Positions 46,785 through 57,129 of a DNA stretch of 64,000 nucleotides are shown here, in pieces. Where the stretch lies: NCBI GenBank assembly GCA_963667785.2, contig CAXXMU010000001.1, forward strand, positions 768,001-832,000, written 5' to 3'. The notes under the pieces were generated by a model. That model was given only the letters and a program-made list of their open reading frames with translations, was not told the DNA's origin and ran no database searches. This stretch comes from Alphaproteobacteria bacterium. Its GTDB lineage: Bacteria > Pseudomonadota > Alphaproteobacteria > UBA828. Each line of letters starts with the position of its first letter. Positions within the stretch are counted from its first letter, which is position 1. Position numbers and translations under genes: made by a program.

Positions 46785-48317
46785 CTAGAGCGGGATGTTC
46801 CCGTGCTTCTTCCACGGGTTCTCCAGGCGCTTGGTGCGCAACGTCTCGAAGGCGCGCGCCACGCGGGCGCGGGTGTCCTGCGGGCGGATGACGTCGTCGA
46901 TGAAGCCGCGGCTGGCGGCGACGAAGGGGTTGGCGAAGGTGCGGCGGTATTCCTCGGTCTTCGCGTCGACGGCGGCCGGGTCGTCCAGCGAGCCGCGGAA
47001 GATGATCTCCACCGCTCCCTTCGGCCCCATCACCGCGATCTCCGCCGTTGGCCAGGCGTAGTTGAGGTCGCCGCGCAGGTGCTTGGACGCCATCACGTCG
47101 TAGGCGCCGCCATAGGCCTTGCGCGTGATCACGGTGACCTTGGGCACCGTCGCCTCGGCGTAGGCGTAGAGCAGCTTGGAGCCATGCGTGATGATGCCGC
47201 CATACTCCTGGTCGGTTCCCGGCAGGAAGCCCGGTACGTCGACGAAGGTGAGCAGGGGTATGTTGAAGCAGTCGCAGAAGCGGACGAAGCGGCCCGCCTT
47301 GCGCGAGGACGCGATGTCGAGACAGCCGGCGAGCACGGTCGGCTGGTTGGCGACGACGCCGACGGTGGTCCCGCCGATGCGCCCCATCCCGGTGATGATG
47401 TTCTGCGCGTAGGCCGGCTTCAGCTCGAAGAAATCGCCTTCGTCGACGACCTTCGTGATCAGCTCCCTCATGTCGTAGGGCATGTTGGGATTGGCCGGCA
47501 CCAGGCGGTCGAGGGAAGGCTCCGCGCGGGTCAGCGGGTCGGTGGCCGGCCAGGCGGGCGGCTGCTCGCGGTTGTTGGCGGGCAGGAAGTCGATGAAGCG
47601 CCTGGTCTCGGCCAGCGCGTCCACGTCGTTGTCGAAGGCACGGTCGGCGACGCCGGAGCGGCCGGTATGGGTGCCCGCGCCGCCGAGCTCCTCGTGGGTC
47701 ACCACCTCGTGGGTGACGGTTTTCACCACGTCCGGCCCGGTCACGAACATGTAGGCGCTGTCGGAGACCATGAAGATCGCGTCGGTCATTGCCGGCGAAT
47801 AGACCGCGCCGCCGGCGCACGGCCCCATGATCACCGAGACCTGCGGCACCACGCCCGACGCGAGCACGTTGCGCTGGAAGACCTCGGCATAGCCGGCGAG
47901 CGAGGCGACGCCCTCGTGGATGCGGGCGCCGCCGGAATCGTTGAGGCCCACCACCGGAGCGCCCACCCGCATGGCGTGGTCCATGATCTTGCAGATCTTC
48001 TCCGCATGCGCCTCGCTGAGCGAGCCGCCGAACACGGTGAAGTCCTGGCTGAAGACGAAGACGAGCCTGCCGTTGACGGTGCCGCGCCCGGTGACCACGC
48101 CGTCGCCCGGCACGCGCTGCTCGGCCATGCCGAAGTCGGAGCTGCGGTGCTCGACGAACATGTCGTACTCCTCGAACGAATCGTCGTCGAGGAGCAGCTC
48201 CAGGCGCTCGCGGGCGGTCAGCTTGCCCTTCGCGTGCTGCCGCTCGATCCGCGCCTCGCCGCCGCCCAGCCGGGCGCGGGTGCGGCGCTCTTCGAGCGTG
48301 CGCAGGATGTCGTCCAT
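46785..48317 (-). CDS. pccB: propionyl-CoA carboxylase beta (carboxyltransferase)
   Basis: [45 protein letters not shown] and [10 protein letters not shown]. Confidence 0.94.
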   Translation of the reverse strand: MDDILRTLEERRTRARLGGGEARIERQHAKGKLTARERLELLLDDDSFEEYDMFVEHRSSDFGMAEQRVPGDGVVTGRGTVNGRLVFVFSQDFTVFGGSLSEAHAEKICKIMDHAMRVGAPVVGLNDSGGARIHEGVASLAGYAEVFQRNVLASGVVPQVSVIMGPCAGGAVYSPAMTDAIFMVSDSAYMFVTGPDVVKTVTHEVVTHEELGGAGTHTGRSGVADRAFDNDVDALAETRRFIDFLPANNREQPPAWPATDPLTRAEPSLDRLVPANPNMPYDMRELITKVVDEGDFFELKPAYAQNIITGMGRIGGTTVGVVANQPTVLAGCLDIASSRKAGRFVRFCDCFNIPLLTFVDVPGFLPGTDQEYGGIITHGSKLLYAYAEATVPKVTVITRKAYGGAYDVMASKHLRGDLNYAWPTAEIAVMGPKGAVEIIFRGSLDDPAAVDAKTEEYRRTFANPFVAASRGFIDDVIRPQDTRARVARAFETLRTKRLENPWKKHGNIPL

Positions 48318-48381
48318 CGCCTCCCTTCCCGGCGACGCGAGGAATTGCGCTGTCGCCACCCGCTCTTAGCACGAAATGCTA

Positions 48382-49092
48382 TCAAGCGGCGAGCAGGCGG
48401 AAGAGGCGCGCCGCGCTGGCAGCGTCTTGCGCCACCCTGCGGCAACGGGCGGCGAGCTCCTCGTCCTCGCCCCAGCGCTCCATCTGATAGCGCTCGTCGA
48501 CCAGCGAGGCGTCAGCGGCGTCGGCGGCATCGAGCCGGCCCTCGCGCAAGCCGAGCGCGATCACCAGCGAGCCGAAGCTCCGGGTGGCGAGGCTCAGCCC
48601 GGCGAGGGCGAAGTCCTCTTCCGCCTCGACCGCATCGCGAAACGCGGCCAGCGCGGCCGGTGCCTGCGCGACCGGGGTGATCGACGTCGTGACCGTGAGG
48701 CGGGCGCCGTAGCGCTCTTCCGCCCAGGCCACCAGCGGCTGCCAGGCGTCGGCCTGGCGGCGGGCGAGCGCCGGCGGCTCGTCGGTGCGATAGCAGATCA
48801 GATCGGTCTCGGCGTAGGAACCGATCTCGGCGACGATCTCCGCTCGCCGCTCGGGCACGAGGTCGAGCGCGGTGCAGGCGAGGCGGGTGAGCGGCATGGT
48901 CGCGTGCTCGATGGTCTCTCCCTGCGCCGCCCACTCCTCAGCCAACGCATCGGCGAGAGCGGCGCCCGGCAGCGCCAGCGGCCGGCCCGCAGGCGTGCGC
49001 ACGGGCTTGCCGTCGAGCGCGATGCCGTGCGCGCCGTCGGCTTCCGTCGCCGCCGCGTTCTCGTAGAAGCGTTTCGGCCCGGCCGCGCTCAC
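48382..49092 (-). CDS. ATP12 family chaperone
   Basis: KRFY, LDGKPVRTP, EW.AQ...I...TMPLTRL, TDLICYR and DE.YQ.E.WGED. GTGA overlap with rluC. Confidence 0.9.
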   Translation of the reverse strand: MSAAGPKRFYENAAATEADGAHGIALDGKPVRTPAGRPLALPGAALADALAEEWAAQGETIEHATMPLTRLACTALDLVPERRAEIVAEIGSYAETDLICYRTDEPPALARRQADAWQPLVAWAEERYGARLTVTTSITPVAQAPAALAAFRDAVEAEEDFALAGLSLATRSFGSLVIALGLREGRLDAADAADASLVDERYQMERWGEDEELAARCRRVAQDAASAARLFRLLAA

Positions 49093-50093
49093 GGCGCGTC
49101 CGCGAAGGGGGCGAACTCGTCGCCGCCCGGCGCCGGGTCGAACCCAAGAAAGCGCCACGCGGCGGCCATGTGCGGCGGCAGCGGTGCGGTGAGCACCAGC
49201 GGCGCCCTGCCCGCCCGCGGCAAGGCCAGTGCCCGGGCGTGGAGGTGCAGGCGCGGCTCGAAGCCGGCGGGGAATGCCGCCTCGCCGCCATACTTGCCGT
49301 CGCCGACGATGGCGTGGCCGAAGACCTGGGCCGCATGTGCGCGGAGCTGGTGCGTGCGGCCGGTGCGCGGCATGAGCGCGAGCCACGCGAGCCGGCGGCC
49401 GGCGGCCTCGATGAGCGCATAGTCGGTCACCGCGCGCAGGCCCTCCTCGGCGGTCGCCACCATGCGCTCGCCTGCGCCTGTTTCGCGTTTGGCGAGTGCA
49501 GCGTCGATCCGCCCCCGCGCCGGCTTCGGCACGCCGGCGACGAGCGCCCAGTAGAGCTTTTGCAACCGGCGGGAGCGGAACAGGGAGGCGAGATCCCGCG
49601 CCGCCTTCGCGTGACGGGCGAGCAGCAGGACACCGCTGGTGTCGCGGTCGAGCCGGTGGACGAGGCGGGGCGTCTCGTCCGCCTCAAAGCGGAGCACGGC
49701 GAGCATCGCGTCGAGGTGGCGGCGGACCCGGCTTCCGCCCTGCACGGGCAGGCCGGGCGGTTTGTTGAGCGCGATCAGGTCGGCGTCGCGGTAGATGACC
49801 GCCGCCTGCACCATGGCTGCGTCGGCCTCGTCCACCGGCGGGCTGGGCCTGGGGGCGCGGCCTTCGCCGTCCTCTCCGAGACCGGGGAGCGGCGGCACGC
49901 GGACCCGGTCACCCGCGGCGAGCCTGGTGCCGGCCCGAGCACGGCTGCCGTTCACCCGGATCTGGCCGGTGCGCAGCAGCTTCTCCAGCCGGCCGTGGCC
50001 GAGGCCGGGATAGTGCCGCCTGAACCAGCGGTCGAGGCGCTGGTCGCCGTCCTCGGGTCCGATCTCCCGCGTGGCGACGCCGCTCGCCATCAC
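49089..50093 (-). CDS. rluC: RluA family pseudouridine synthase (RluC-like, S4 domain)
   Basis: QRLDRWF, NKPPGL.VQGG, VHRLDRDTSG, TGRTHQLRAH and IVGDGKY. Confidence 0.92.
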   Translation of the reverse strand: MMASGVATREIGPEDGDQRLDRWFRRHYPGLGHGRLEKLLRTGQIRVNGSRARAGTRLAAGDRVRVPPLPGLGEDGEGRAPRPSPPVDEADAAMVQAAVIYRDADLIALNKPPGLPVQGGSRVRRHLDAMLAVLRFEADETPRLVHRLDRDTSGVLLLARHAKAARDLASLFRSRRLQKLYWALVAGVPKPARGRIDAALAKRETGAGERMVATAEEGLRAVTDYALIEAAGRRLAWLALMPRTGRTHQLRAHAAQVFGHAIVGDGKYGGEAAFPAGFEPRLHLHARALALPRAGRAPLVLTAPLPPHMAAAWRFLGFDPAPGGDEFAPFADAP

Positions 50094-50479
50094 AGCACCG
50101 CGCGTACCAGCCGGAGGCCGAGGTAGAAGCCGCCGACCGAGAGCACGACCGAGAGCACGATGTAGAGCAGCGCCCGGCCGATATCGCCCCGCTCCAGCAT
50201 CGCGATGGTGTCGGCCGAGAAGGCGGAGAAGGTGGTGAAGCCGCCGAGCAGCCCGACGAAGAGGAAGCGCTGCAGCACCGTGCCCACGTCGAAGGAGGTC
50301 GCCAGCCCCTGTACCAGCGCGCCGAGGACGAAGGAGCCAGCGACGTTCACCGTCAGCGTGCCGTAGGGGAAGCCCGTGCCGATGAGCGAGGCGAGCCAGC
50401 GCTCGGCGTAGCCGATGACGTAGTAGCGACCGACCGAGCCGAGCGCGCCTCCCAGCGCGATGGCAAGCGCGATCTTCAC
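50090..50479 (-). CDS. crcB: fluoride efflux channel Fluc
   Basis: GGALG...RY, FPYGTL.VN..GSF and G.LGGFTTFSAFS. Confidence 0.94.
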   Translation of the reverse strand: MKIALAIALGGALGSVGRYYVIGYAERWLASLIGTGFPYGTLTVNVAGSFVLGALVQGLATSFDVGTVLQRFLFVGLLGGFTTFSAFSADTIAMLERGDIGRALLYIVLSVVLSVGGFYLGLRLVRAVL

Positions 50480-51813
50480 GGCTCGTCCTCCGCCTCGTCC
50501 GCGTCCCCTGTGCCGCCCGCCGCTTCGCGCAGCTTCTGCCAGTAGGCGAGGCGCTTCTGCACCTCGCGCTCGAAGCCCCGCTCGCGCGGCGCGTAGAAGG
50601 TCTGCCGCGCCATCCCGTCCGGGAAATAGTCCTGCGCCGAGAAGCCCTCCTCGGTGTCGTGGTCGTAGACGTAGCCCTCGCCGTAGCCGAGGTCCTTCAT
50701 CAGCCGCGTCGGCGCGTTGAGGATGTGCTTGGGCGGCATGAGCGAGCCGGTCTCGCGGGCGGCCCCCATGGCGTGGGAGAGCGCGCGGTAGCTCGCGTTC
50801 GACTTGGCGGCGGTGCCGAGATAGATCACGGTCTGGGCGATGGCGAGCTCGCCTTCCGGCGAGCCCAGCCGCTCATAGGCTTCCCAGCCGGCGAGCGCCT
50901 GCGGCAGCGCGTCGGGGTCGGCGAGGCCCACGTCCTCGACCGCGAAGCGCACCAGGCGTCGGGCGATGTAGCGAGGATCCTCGCCACCGGCGAGCATGCG
51001 CGCGAGCCAGTAGAGCGCGGCATCGGTGTCGGAGCCCCTGAGCGACTTGTGCAGCGCCGAGATCAGGTTGAAGTGGCCTTCCTGCGACTTGTCGTAGAGC
51101 GGCGCGCGGCGTTGCACCGTCTCCATCAGCTGGGGCACGTCGAGCGGCGCCGTGGTGCCGGCGGCGAAGAGGGCTTCCGCCAGGTTGATGAGCGCGCGGC
51201 CGTCGCCGTCCGCCATGGCGCGCAGCATGGGGCGGGTGTCCTCGGCGAGTGGCAGCGTGCGGCCCTCCGTCGCCTCGGCGCGGGCGAGCAGGGTCTCCAG
51301 CGCGCCATCGTCCAGCCGGTTCAGCACCAGCACCGCGCAGCGCGAGAGCAGCGCACCGTTGAGCTCGAAGGAGGGGTTCTCCGTGGTGGCGCCGACGAGG
51401 GTGACGGTGCCGTCCTCCACCACCGGCAGGAAGGCATCCTGCTGGGCCCGGTTGAAGCGGTGGATTTCGTCGACGAAGAGCAGCGTGCCGACACCGCCTG
51501 CTCGGCGGGAGCGGGCGTCCGCGAAGACCTTGCGCAGCTCGGCGACGCCGGAGAAGACCGCGCTCAGCGGCGCGAACAGCATGTCGGTGTGATCCGCCAG
51601 CAGGCGGGCGATGGTGGTCTTGCCGCAGCCCGGCGGGCCCCAGAGGATGGTGGACGCCAGCGCGCCGCTCGCCACCATCCGGCCCAGCGGGCCGTCCGCG
51701 CGGAGCAGGTGGTCCTGTCCCACCACCTCGTCCAGCGCCTGTGGCCGCAGCCGGTCGGCGAGCGGCCGCGGCGCGTCGCCTTCGAACAGGCTCGGCGCGT
51801 CCTGCCGCGTCAT
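50476..51813 (-). CDS. rarA: replication-associated recombination protein A
   Basis: [49 protein letters not shown] and GYGEGY.YDH. Confidence 0.95.
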   Translation of the reverse strand: MTRQDAPSLFEGDAPRPLADRLRPQALDEVVGQDHLLRADGPLGRMVASGALASTILWGPPGCGKTTIARLLADHTDMLFAPLSAVFSGVAELRKVFADARSRRAGGVGTLLFVDEIHRFNRAQQDAFLPVVEDGTVTLVGATTENPSFELNGALLSRCAVLVLNRLDDGALETLLARAEATEGRTLPLAEDTRPMLRAMADGDGRALINLAEALFAAGTTAPLDVPQLMETVQRRAPLYDKSQEGHFNLISALHKSLRGSDTDAALYWLARMLAGGEDPRYIARRLVRFAVEDVGLADPDALPQALAGWEAYERLGSPEGELAIAQTVIYLGTAAKSNASYRALSHAMGAARETGSLMPPKHILNAPTRLMKDLGYGEGYVYDHDTEEGFSAQDYFPDGMARQTFYAPRERGFEREVQKRLAYWQKLREAAGGTGDADEAEDEP

Positions 51814-52442
51814 GGCGCCCGCAGATTGACCGCCGCCACCCGCCAGGCACCGCCTCGCGCGGGTCCGTCCACGTGGTCGATGCGGGTGATCGAGAGATTG
51901 TCGATGCTGAAGGCGAGCGCGCGCTCCGGATCGAGGCCGAGCGCCAGCGCGAGCGCGGCGCGGATCGAGCCGCCGTGGGCCACCGCGACGATGTCCGCGC
52001 CGGCGTGCTGCGCCGTGCGACGGCCGACGGCGGCAGCCACTCGCTCCATCACCGTGACGAAGCTCTCGCCGTCCGGCGGCGTGATGTGGGCCGGCGCGAC
52101 CCAGAACTTGTGCGCGAGCCGGTGCCCTCGCTCGCTGGCGACCTCGCTCCAGGTGAGCCCGTGCCAGGCGCCGAAATCCTGCTCGTCCAGGTCCGCCTCG
52201 ACGCTCCGCTCCGGCACCGGATGGCCGGCATCGGCAATCGCGTCGGCGGTCTGCTGGGTGCGGAGGAGGTTGCTGGTGAGCCATACGGCGCCCTCCGGCA
52301 GCGCCCGGGCCAGCGCGTCGAAGCGCGCCCGCTCGCTGGTGTTGGCAGGCACGTCGGTGCGGCCGTAGAGCCGGCCTCCGTGGTCGGTGACGGGCGCATG
52401 GCGCACCCACCACCACCGGGTCACGATCGTGTCGTTCGTCAT
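51810..52442 (-). CDS. histidine phosphatase family protein (CobC-like)
   Basis: VRHA, S.L.RT.QTA, EQDFG.W.G, GES and VAHGGSIR. Coupled to cobS. Confidence 0.85.
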   Translation of the reverse strand: MTNDTIVTRWWWVRHAPVTDHGGRLYGRTDVPANTSERARFDALARALPEGAVWLTSNLLRTQQTADAIADAGHPVPERSVEADLDEQDFGAWHGLTWSEVASERGHRLAHKFWVAPAHITPPDGESFVTVMERVAAAVGRRTAQHAGADIVAVAHGGSIRAALALALGLDPERALAFSIDNLSITRIDHVDGPARGGAWRVAAVNLRAP

Positions 52443-53251
52443 CGAACCGCCGCGAGGGTGAGAAGGAACAGGACTTCCGAGATCTGCTGCACGCCGCCGA
52501 GCACGTCGCCGGTGTGGCCGCCGACCTGGCGCTCGGCGAGCCAGGCGAGGCCGGCGGTGCCGAGGCCCGCGATGATGAAGGCGACCAGCCCGCTCCAGGT
52601 GAGCAGGCCCACGGCCAGCACCGCCGCGAGCGCGAGGCCGGTCCACACGTGGCTGTCCGGCGGCCGGCCTGCGTCGGCGGCGAGGCCTTCGCTCCGCGCA
52701 GGCCCGAGCCACAGCATGACCGCCGGCATGGCGGCGCGCGATGCGCCCGCGGCGGCGACCATGGCGGCGATCACCAGGCCGGTTTCCTCCAGGTCGGCGA
52801 TCGCGCCCACCTTGGCCGCCAGCACCACCACCAGCGCGATCACACCGTAGGCGCCGATGCGGCTGTCCCGCATGATGGCGAGCTTGCGCTCCGCCGTGCT
52901 GCCACCGCCGAAGCCGTCGGCCATGTCAGCGAGGCCGTCCTCGTGCAGCGCGCCGGTAACGAGCGCGCCGACGCCGACGGCGAGCACCGCCGCCACGATG
53001 TCTGGCAGGCCGATTCCGGCGGCGATGGCGTAGGCGATCCCGGCTGCGAGCCCGATCAGCGCGCCGACGACGGGGAAGGCGCGGACGGCGCGTCCCAGCG
53101 GAGGGCCGTCGGCCGCCGGGCGCGCCGCCTTCAGCGGCACCCGCGTGAGGAAGAGAAGGGCGGCGCGAAGGTCGCTCCACCAGGCCCGCACCGCACGGTA
53201 CGCCGCCTGCTGGAGGGGAGCCTCGTCGCCGTCGTCGTAGCGCATCACCAC
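52439..53251 (-). CDS. cobS: adenosylcobinamide-GDP ribazoletransferase
   Basis: FLTRVP, TGALHEDGLAD.ADGFGG, IMRDSRIG.YG and GG.TGDVLG..QQ..E. Confidence 0.95.
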   Translation of the reverse strand: MVMRYDDGDEAPLQQAAYRAVRAWWSDLRAALLFLTRVPLKAARPAADGPPLGRAVRAFPVVGALIGLAAGIAYAIAAGIGLPDIVAAVLAVGVGALVTGALHEDGLADMADGFGGGSTAERKLAIMRDSRIGAYGVIALVVVLAAKVGAIADLEETGLVIAAMVAAAGASRAAMPAVMLWLGPARSEGLAADAGRPPDSHVWTGLALAAVLAVGLLTWSGLVAFIIAGLGTAGLAWLAERQVGGHTGDVLGGVQQISEVLFLLTLAAVR

Positions 53252-53367
53252 CCTTGCCCGAGCCGTGCGAGCCCGGCATCCTCCCTCAGCCTTATAGGCT
53301 AGGGCGCTGCCCGCGCCAAGAATGCCGGGCGGTCGCCGTCCCGCGCCAACGCGTGCAAAGATCCGCC

Positions 53368-54396
53368 ATGACAGATGAGGCCCGGCTCGGTTCGTTGAGC
53401 GCCTTTCGCGCGCGCATCGCCGCCATGCCGGGCCCGGACGAGGCGGCGGCGGAACGCGCGCGCGCGCGCGACGCGACCCTCACCAAGCCGGCCGGCGCGC
53501 TCGGCCGGCTCGAGGCGCTGGCGCGCTGGACCGCCGCCTGGCAGGGGCGCCACCCGCCGCGCGCAGAGCGCATCCGGATCGCGGTGTTCGCCGGCAATCA
53601 CGGGGTGGCCGCGCGCGGCGTCTCCGCCTATCCCGCGGCAGTCACCGCGCAGATGGTGGCCAACTTCGAGGCCGGCGGGGCGGCGATCAACCAGCTCTGC
53701 GATGTGCTGGGCGCGCAGTTGACGGTGGTGCCTCTCGATCTGGACCGGCCGACGGCCGACATGACCGAGGCACCGGCGATGGACGAAGCCGGCTGCGTCG
53801 CCGCGTTGGAGGCCGGCATGGCGGCGGTCGACGAGGACGCGGACCTGCTCTGCCTTGGCGAGATGGGAATCGGCAACACCACGGCTGCTGCGGCGCTCGC
53901 CGCGGCACTCTTCGGCGGCGACGGCGCCTCCTGGGTGGGCCCCGGCACCGGCGTCGACCGCGAGGGGCTTGCGCGTAAGGCGGCGACGGTGGACGCGGCG
54001 CTGGAGCGGCATCCCGAGGCGCGCCGCGATCCTCTGGCCGCTCTCGCCTGCCTGGGCGGCCGGGAGCTGGCGGCGATCGCGGGCGCCGTGGTTGCGGCCC
54101 GTCACCGCGGCGTGCCCGTGCTGCTCGACGGCTTCGCCTGCACCGCCGCCGCCGCGGTGGTGGCGTGCCTGCACGATGGCGGCCTCGACCACGCCCATGT
54201 GGCTCACCGCTCGGCGGAACCCGGACACGGGCGGCTGCTCGATGCGTTGTCCCTGATCCCGCTCCTGGACCTCGACATGCGGCTCGGTGAGGCCTCCGGC
54301 GCCGCGCTCGCCGCCGCCCTGGTGCGCATGGCGGTGGCGGCCCACAACGGCATGGCGAGCTTCTCGGTCGCCGGCGTCAGCGGCCCCGTGGACTGA
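53368..54396 (+). CDS. cobT: nicotinate-nucleotide-dimethylbenzimidazole phosphoribosyltransferase
   Basis: LTKP.GALGRLE, FAGNHGV...GVSAYP, GEMGIGNTT, GGRELAA and MRLGEASGA. Confidence 0.95.
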   Translation: MTDEARLGSLSAFRARIAAMPGPDEAAAERARARDATLTKPAGALGRLEALARWTAAWQGRHPPRAERIRIAVFAGNHGVAARGVSAYPAAVTAQMVANFEAGGAAINQLCDVLGAQLTVVPLDLDRPTADMTEAPAMDEAGCVAALEAGMAAVDEDADLLCLGEMGIGNTTAAAALAAALFGGDGASWVGPGTGVDREGLARKAATVDAALERHPEARRDPLAALACLGGRELAAIAGAVVAARHRGVPVLLDGFACTAAAAVVACLHDGGLDHAHVAHRSAEPGHGRLLDALSLIPLLDLDMRLGEASGAALAAALVRMAVAAHNGMASFSVAGVSGPVD

Positions 54397-54399
54397 GCG

Positions 54400-54546
54400 C
54401 TGGAGCGCTTCCGTTTCGCACGGAATCGCTCCAGTCCCTCTATCGCTCGCGGCAGCCGGCCTGCGGCCGGCGCCTGCGCGGGCGCGCCGCACAAGCGGCG
54501 AGCCGCGGTCGCGGCCTAACGCGAGTCCGACTAAGTCGGGCTCGCG
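54400..54546. terminator. hairpins between convergent cobT and ABC permease genes
   Basis: CTGGAGCGcTTCCG..CGGAAtCGCTCCAG (54400-54434) and CGCGAGTCCGAC-taa-GTCGGGCTCGCG (54520-54546). Confidence 0.5.
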
Positions 54547-55389
54547 CTACTCCCCGATCTGGTGCAGTAGGCCGCGGATGCGGGCGCTGCGCAGGAAGCC
54601 GAGAAAGGTCGCGATGCCTGCCGCCATCCAAGCGATGTTGAGCAGGGTCGCGCGCATCATGTGGTCGCCGCTGAAGGTGCCGTCCACCAGGAGCGCGCGC
54701 ATGCCCTCGAAGACGTGAGCGGACGGCAGCACGGCGGCCACCGGCTCCAGCCAGTCGGGCAGGATCGAGAGCGGGTAGTAGACGCAGCTGAACGGCGCCA
54801 GCGCGAAGATCAGGAACCAGGCGAGGCTTTCCGCGCCGAGACCGAAGCGCAGCACAAGGCCGCACACGAAGAAGCCCACGGCCCAGCCCATCACGATCAG
54901 GTTGACGAAGAAGCCGATCAGCGCGAAGCCGAGATCGAAGATCGAAAAGGCGTAGAGCAGGAAGGCGAATCCGACCGCGCCCGTCATCCCGATCAGGGTG
55001 CGGATCAGGCTGATGAGCATGAGCGCGCAGATCAGCTCCCAGGGCCGCAGCGGGCTGGCGAAGAGGTGCCCCAGGTTGCGCGCCCACATCTCCTCCATGA
55101 ACACCAGCGAAAGCCCGATCTGGCCGCGGAACATGACGTCCCACAGAATGACTCCGGCGAGTAGGACTCCGGCGGCCTGTGCCACCCACGAGCTGTGGGC
55201 GACGAGGAACTGGGTGACGAGGCCCCAGATAATCATCTGCACCGTGGGCCAGTACATGAGCTCGAGAATGCGCGGCCAGGAGCGCCGCAGCAGGTATGTG
55301 TGGCGCAGCACCAGCGCGCCGATGCGCCGCGCCGATGCACGCCAGGGTGGGGTCCTAGCCCGCATTTCCCGCCACTGCCGACGCCACAC
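54547..55389 (-). CDS. ABC-2 type exporter permease
   Basis: RH.YLLRRSWPRILEL.YWP, F.EEMWARNL..LF.SPL, VYYP..LP.WL and LP...VFEGMR. Start uncertain. Confidence 0.88.
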   Translation of the reverse strand: MWRRQWREMRARTPPWRASARRIGALVLRHTYLLRRSWPRILELMYWPTVQMIIWGLVTQFLVAHSSWVAQAAGVLLAGVILWDVMFRGQIGLSLVFMEEMWARNLGHLFASPLRPWELICALMLISLIRTLIGMTGAVGFAFLLYAFSIFDLGFALIGFFVNLIVMGWAVGFFVCGLVLRFGLGAESLAWFLIFALAPFSCVYYPLSILPDWLEPVAAVLPSAHVFEGMRALLVDGTFSGDHMMRATLLNIAWMAAGIATFLGFLRSARIRGLLHQIGE

Positions 55390-55456
55390 GCGGTAGCCGG
55401 TGCTCAGATGGCATGTAGGCCACTGTTCTGTCGTTGTAATTTGCCGGCCGCTCTCG

Positions 55457-56044
55457 TCAGCGCAGCGGGATGTCGCTGCCCTCCTTCGACGCCTGGTACA
55501 CGGACGAGAGCTCGTCGTAGAGGGCCCCGAGGCGGCGCACCCGCTCCTTCAGATCCTCGCTCCCGCTGCCAATGAGATCCTCGATGGAGCGGCTGCGCCA
55601 GAACGCGTTCTCGCGAGCGTAGTCTCCGTTCTCGATGCCGAAGACCTCGCTCAGGATCCTCAGGTCGTGAGGGATGTTGAAGGCGTCGCGGGTGTCCGCG
55701 TAGCCGAAGAGGTAGTGGAAGTTGTCGAACCCGGCCCAGGTGATCGCCGACAGGCATAGAGAGCAGGGCTCGTGGGTCGACAGGAACAGGCACTCCTCAG
55801 GGGCAGGGCGCGCTGGTCCGGGCAGCGCGAAGTACGCGTTCAGGGTCGCCACCTCCCCGTGGTACAGCGGATTCACGGTCTCCCGGTTGGTCCCGGCGAT
55901 GACGAGCGCGAGGTCCGACTTGCGGAGGATCGCGCCGCCGAACACCTTGTCGCCGCGCGCCACGCCCGCCCGCGTCAGCGGAACGACGTCGTGCTCGATC
56001 ACGTCCAGGAAGCGGTTAGCCAGCATGTGATCCGAATGAGTCAC
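55457..56044 (-). CDS. CDA-fold nucleoside/nucleobase deaminase
   Basis: G.K.FGGAIL, NPL.HGE and HEPCSLC Zn motif. Start at 56044 or 56026. Confidence 0.88.
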   Translation of the reverse strand: MTHSDHMLANRFLDVIEHDVVPLTRAGVARGDKVFGGAILRKSDLALVIAGTNRETVNPLYHGEVATLNAYFALPGPARPAPEECLFLSTHEPCSLCLSAITWAGFDNFHYLFGYADTRDAFNIPHDLRILSEVFGIENGDYARENAFWRSRSIEDLIGSGSEDLKERVRRLGALYDELSSVYQASKEGSDIPLR

Positions 56045-56112
56045 GGTCTTGGTCCGGCAGGTGGGCGATATCGATCGCGTCAGGTTCGTTCGTCAACCGG
56101 GCGTGGCGCGGC

Positions 56113-57033
56113 TCAGGTCTCGCCCGATTGCGGGCCGGTCTCGATCGGGAGGTCGGGGTCGTGCGCCCACTCGCCCATCGAGCCATCGTAGAGGGTGAGG
56201 TCGCGGTAGCCGAGCTGGTGGAGGAGAAAGAGGCCGACGGTGGCGGAGATGCCGCCGCCGCAGTAGGCGACGATGTGGCGGTCCGGGGTGATCCCGGCGT
56301 CCTCGTGGAGCCGCCGCGCCTCGTCCAGCGACACGAAGGCTCCGTTCGACGGATCAAGGAGGCTTGCGGCAGGCACGTTGACGCTCCCCGGAATCCGTCC
56401 CGGGCGTCCGTAACGGCTCGGGCCCGCGCCGAGATGAAACTCGGGCGCGAGCGCGTTCACCATCGCGGTGTCGGCATCGCCGAGCCGGGCACGCACGTAC
56501 GCGCTGTCCACGAACCGCCCCGGCCGGAGCGTCGCGGTGAAGCGCGCCGGCGGGTACTGCCCCGGTACGGCGGATACGGGACGCCCCTCCGCCGTCCACT
56601 TCTCCCAGCCGCCGTCGAGCACCGACGCACGATCGAATCCGAACGCGCGCAGCATCCACCACACCCGGGTGGCCCACATGATGTTGCCGGCCGAATAGAG
56701 CACGACGCGTGCCTCGTCGCCGATGCCGAGCCCGCCCATTGCGTTCGCGAATCGCCCGGCGTCAGGCGCCATGAAGCGGAGCCGCGTGTCCGGATCGGAT
56801 ATCTGGCCCTGGATGTCGAGGAAGACGGCGCCGGGTATATGCGCCGCCTCGTACTCGGCCCGGCCCGGCACGACGCGGTAGGGGGCATCGTCGCCCGGCT
56901 CGGCCGGCTTGAGCCACGTCGTGCAGTCCACGATGCGAAGGCCGGGCGCATCGAGACACGCCTCCAGCGCGTCGGTCTCGATGAGCGCGTGCGGCTCGCG
57001 CCACTCCGGGAGGTCGGCTCGGCCCTCGGTCAT
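56113..57033 (-). CDS. tandem-rhodanese sulfurtransferase (SseA/MST-like)
   Basis: HIPGA, ATRVWW.L..FG, VLDGG..KW, GRIPGS, active site YCGGGISA and YDGS..EW. Confidence 0.92.
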   Translation of the reverse strand: MTEGRADLPEWREPHALIETDALEACLDAPGLRIVDCTTWLKPAEPGDDAPYRVVPGRAEYEAAHIPGAVFLDIQGQISDPDTRLRFMAPDAGRFANAMGGLGIGDEARVVLYSAGNIMWATRVWWMLRAFGFDRASVLDGGWEKWTAEGRPVSAVPGQYPPARFTATLRPGRFVDSAYVRARLGDADTAMVNALAPEFHLGAGPSRYGRPGRIPGSVNVPAASLLDPSNGAFVSLDEARRLHEDAGITPDRHIVAYCGGGISATVGLFLLHQLGYRDLTLYDGSMGEWAHDPDLPIETGPQSGET

Positions 57034-57129
57034 CGACGGTCTCCCTCCTGATGCCGCTATGTGCGAAAGGCGGCCGCTCATAGGGACATGGGGTCAACAG
57101 GTTAGCACACCGGTGGCCGTCGTCGTCGG

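Noticed and set aside
53250-53367. Cobalamin riboswitch between cobS and cobT
   Set aside because: The gap is short and no B12-box or conserved GGGAA core is visible.
44750-54396. pcc-atp12-rluC-crcB-rarA-cob block as an unusual cluster
   Set aside because: Largely the standard alphaproteobacterial housekeeping gene order.
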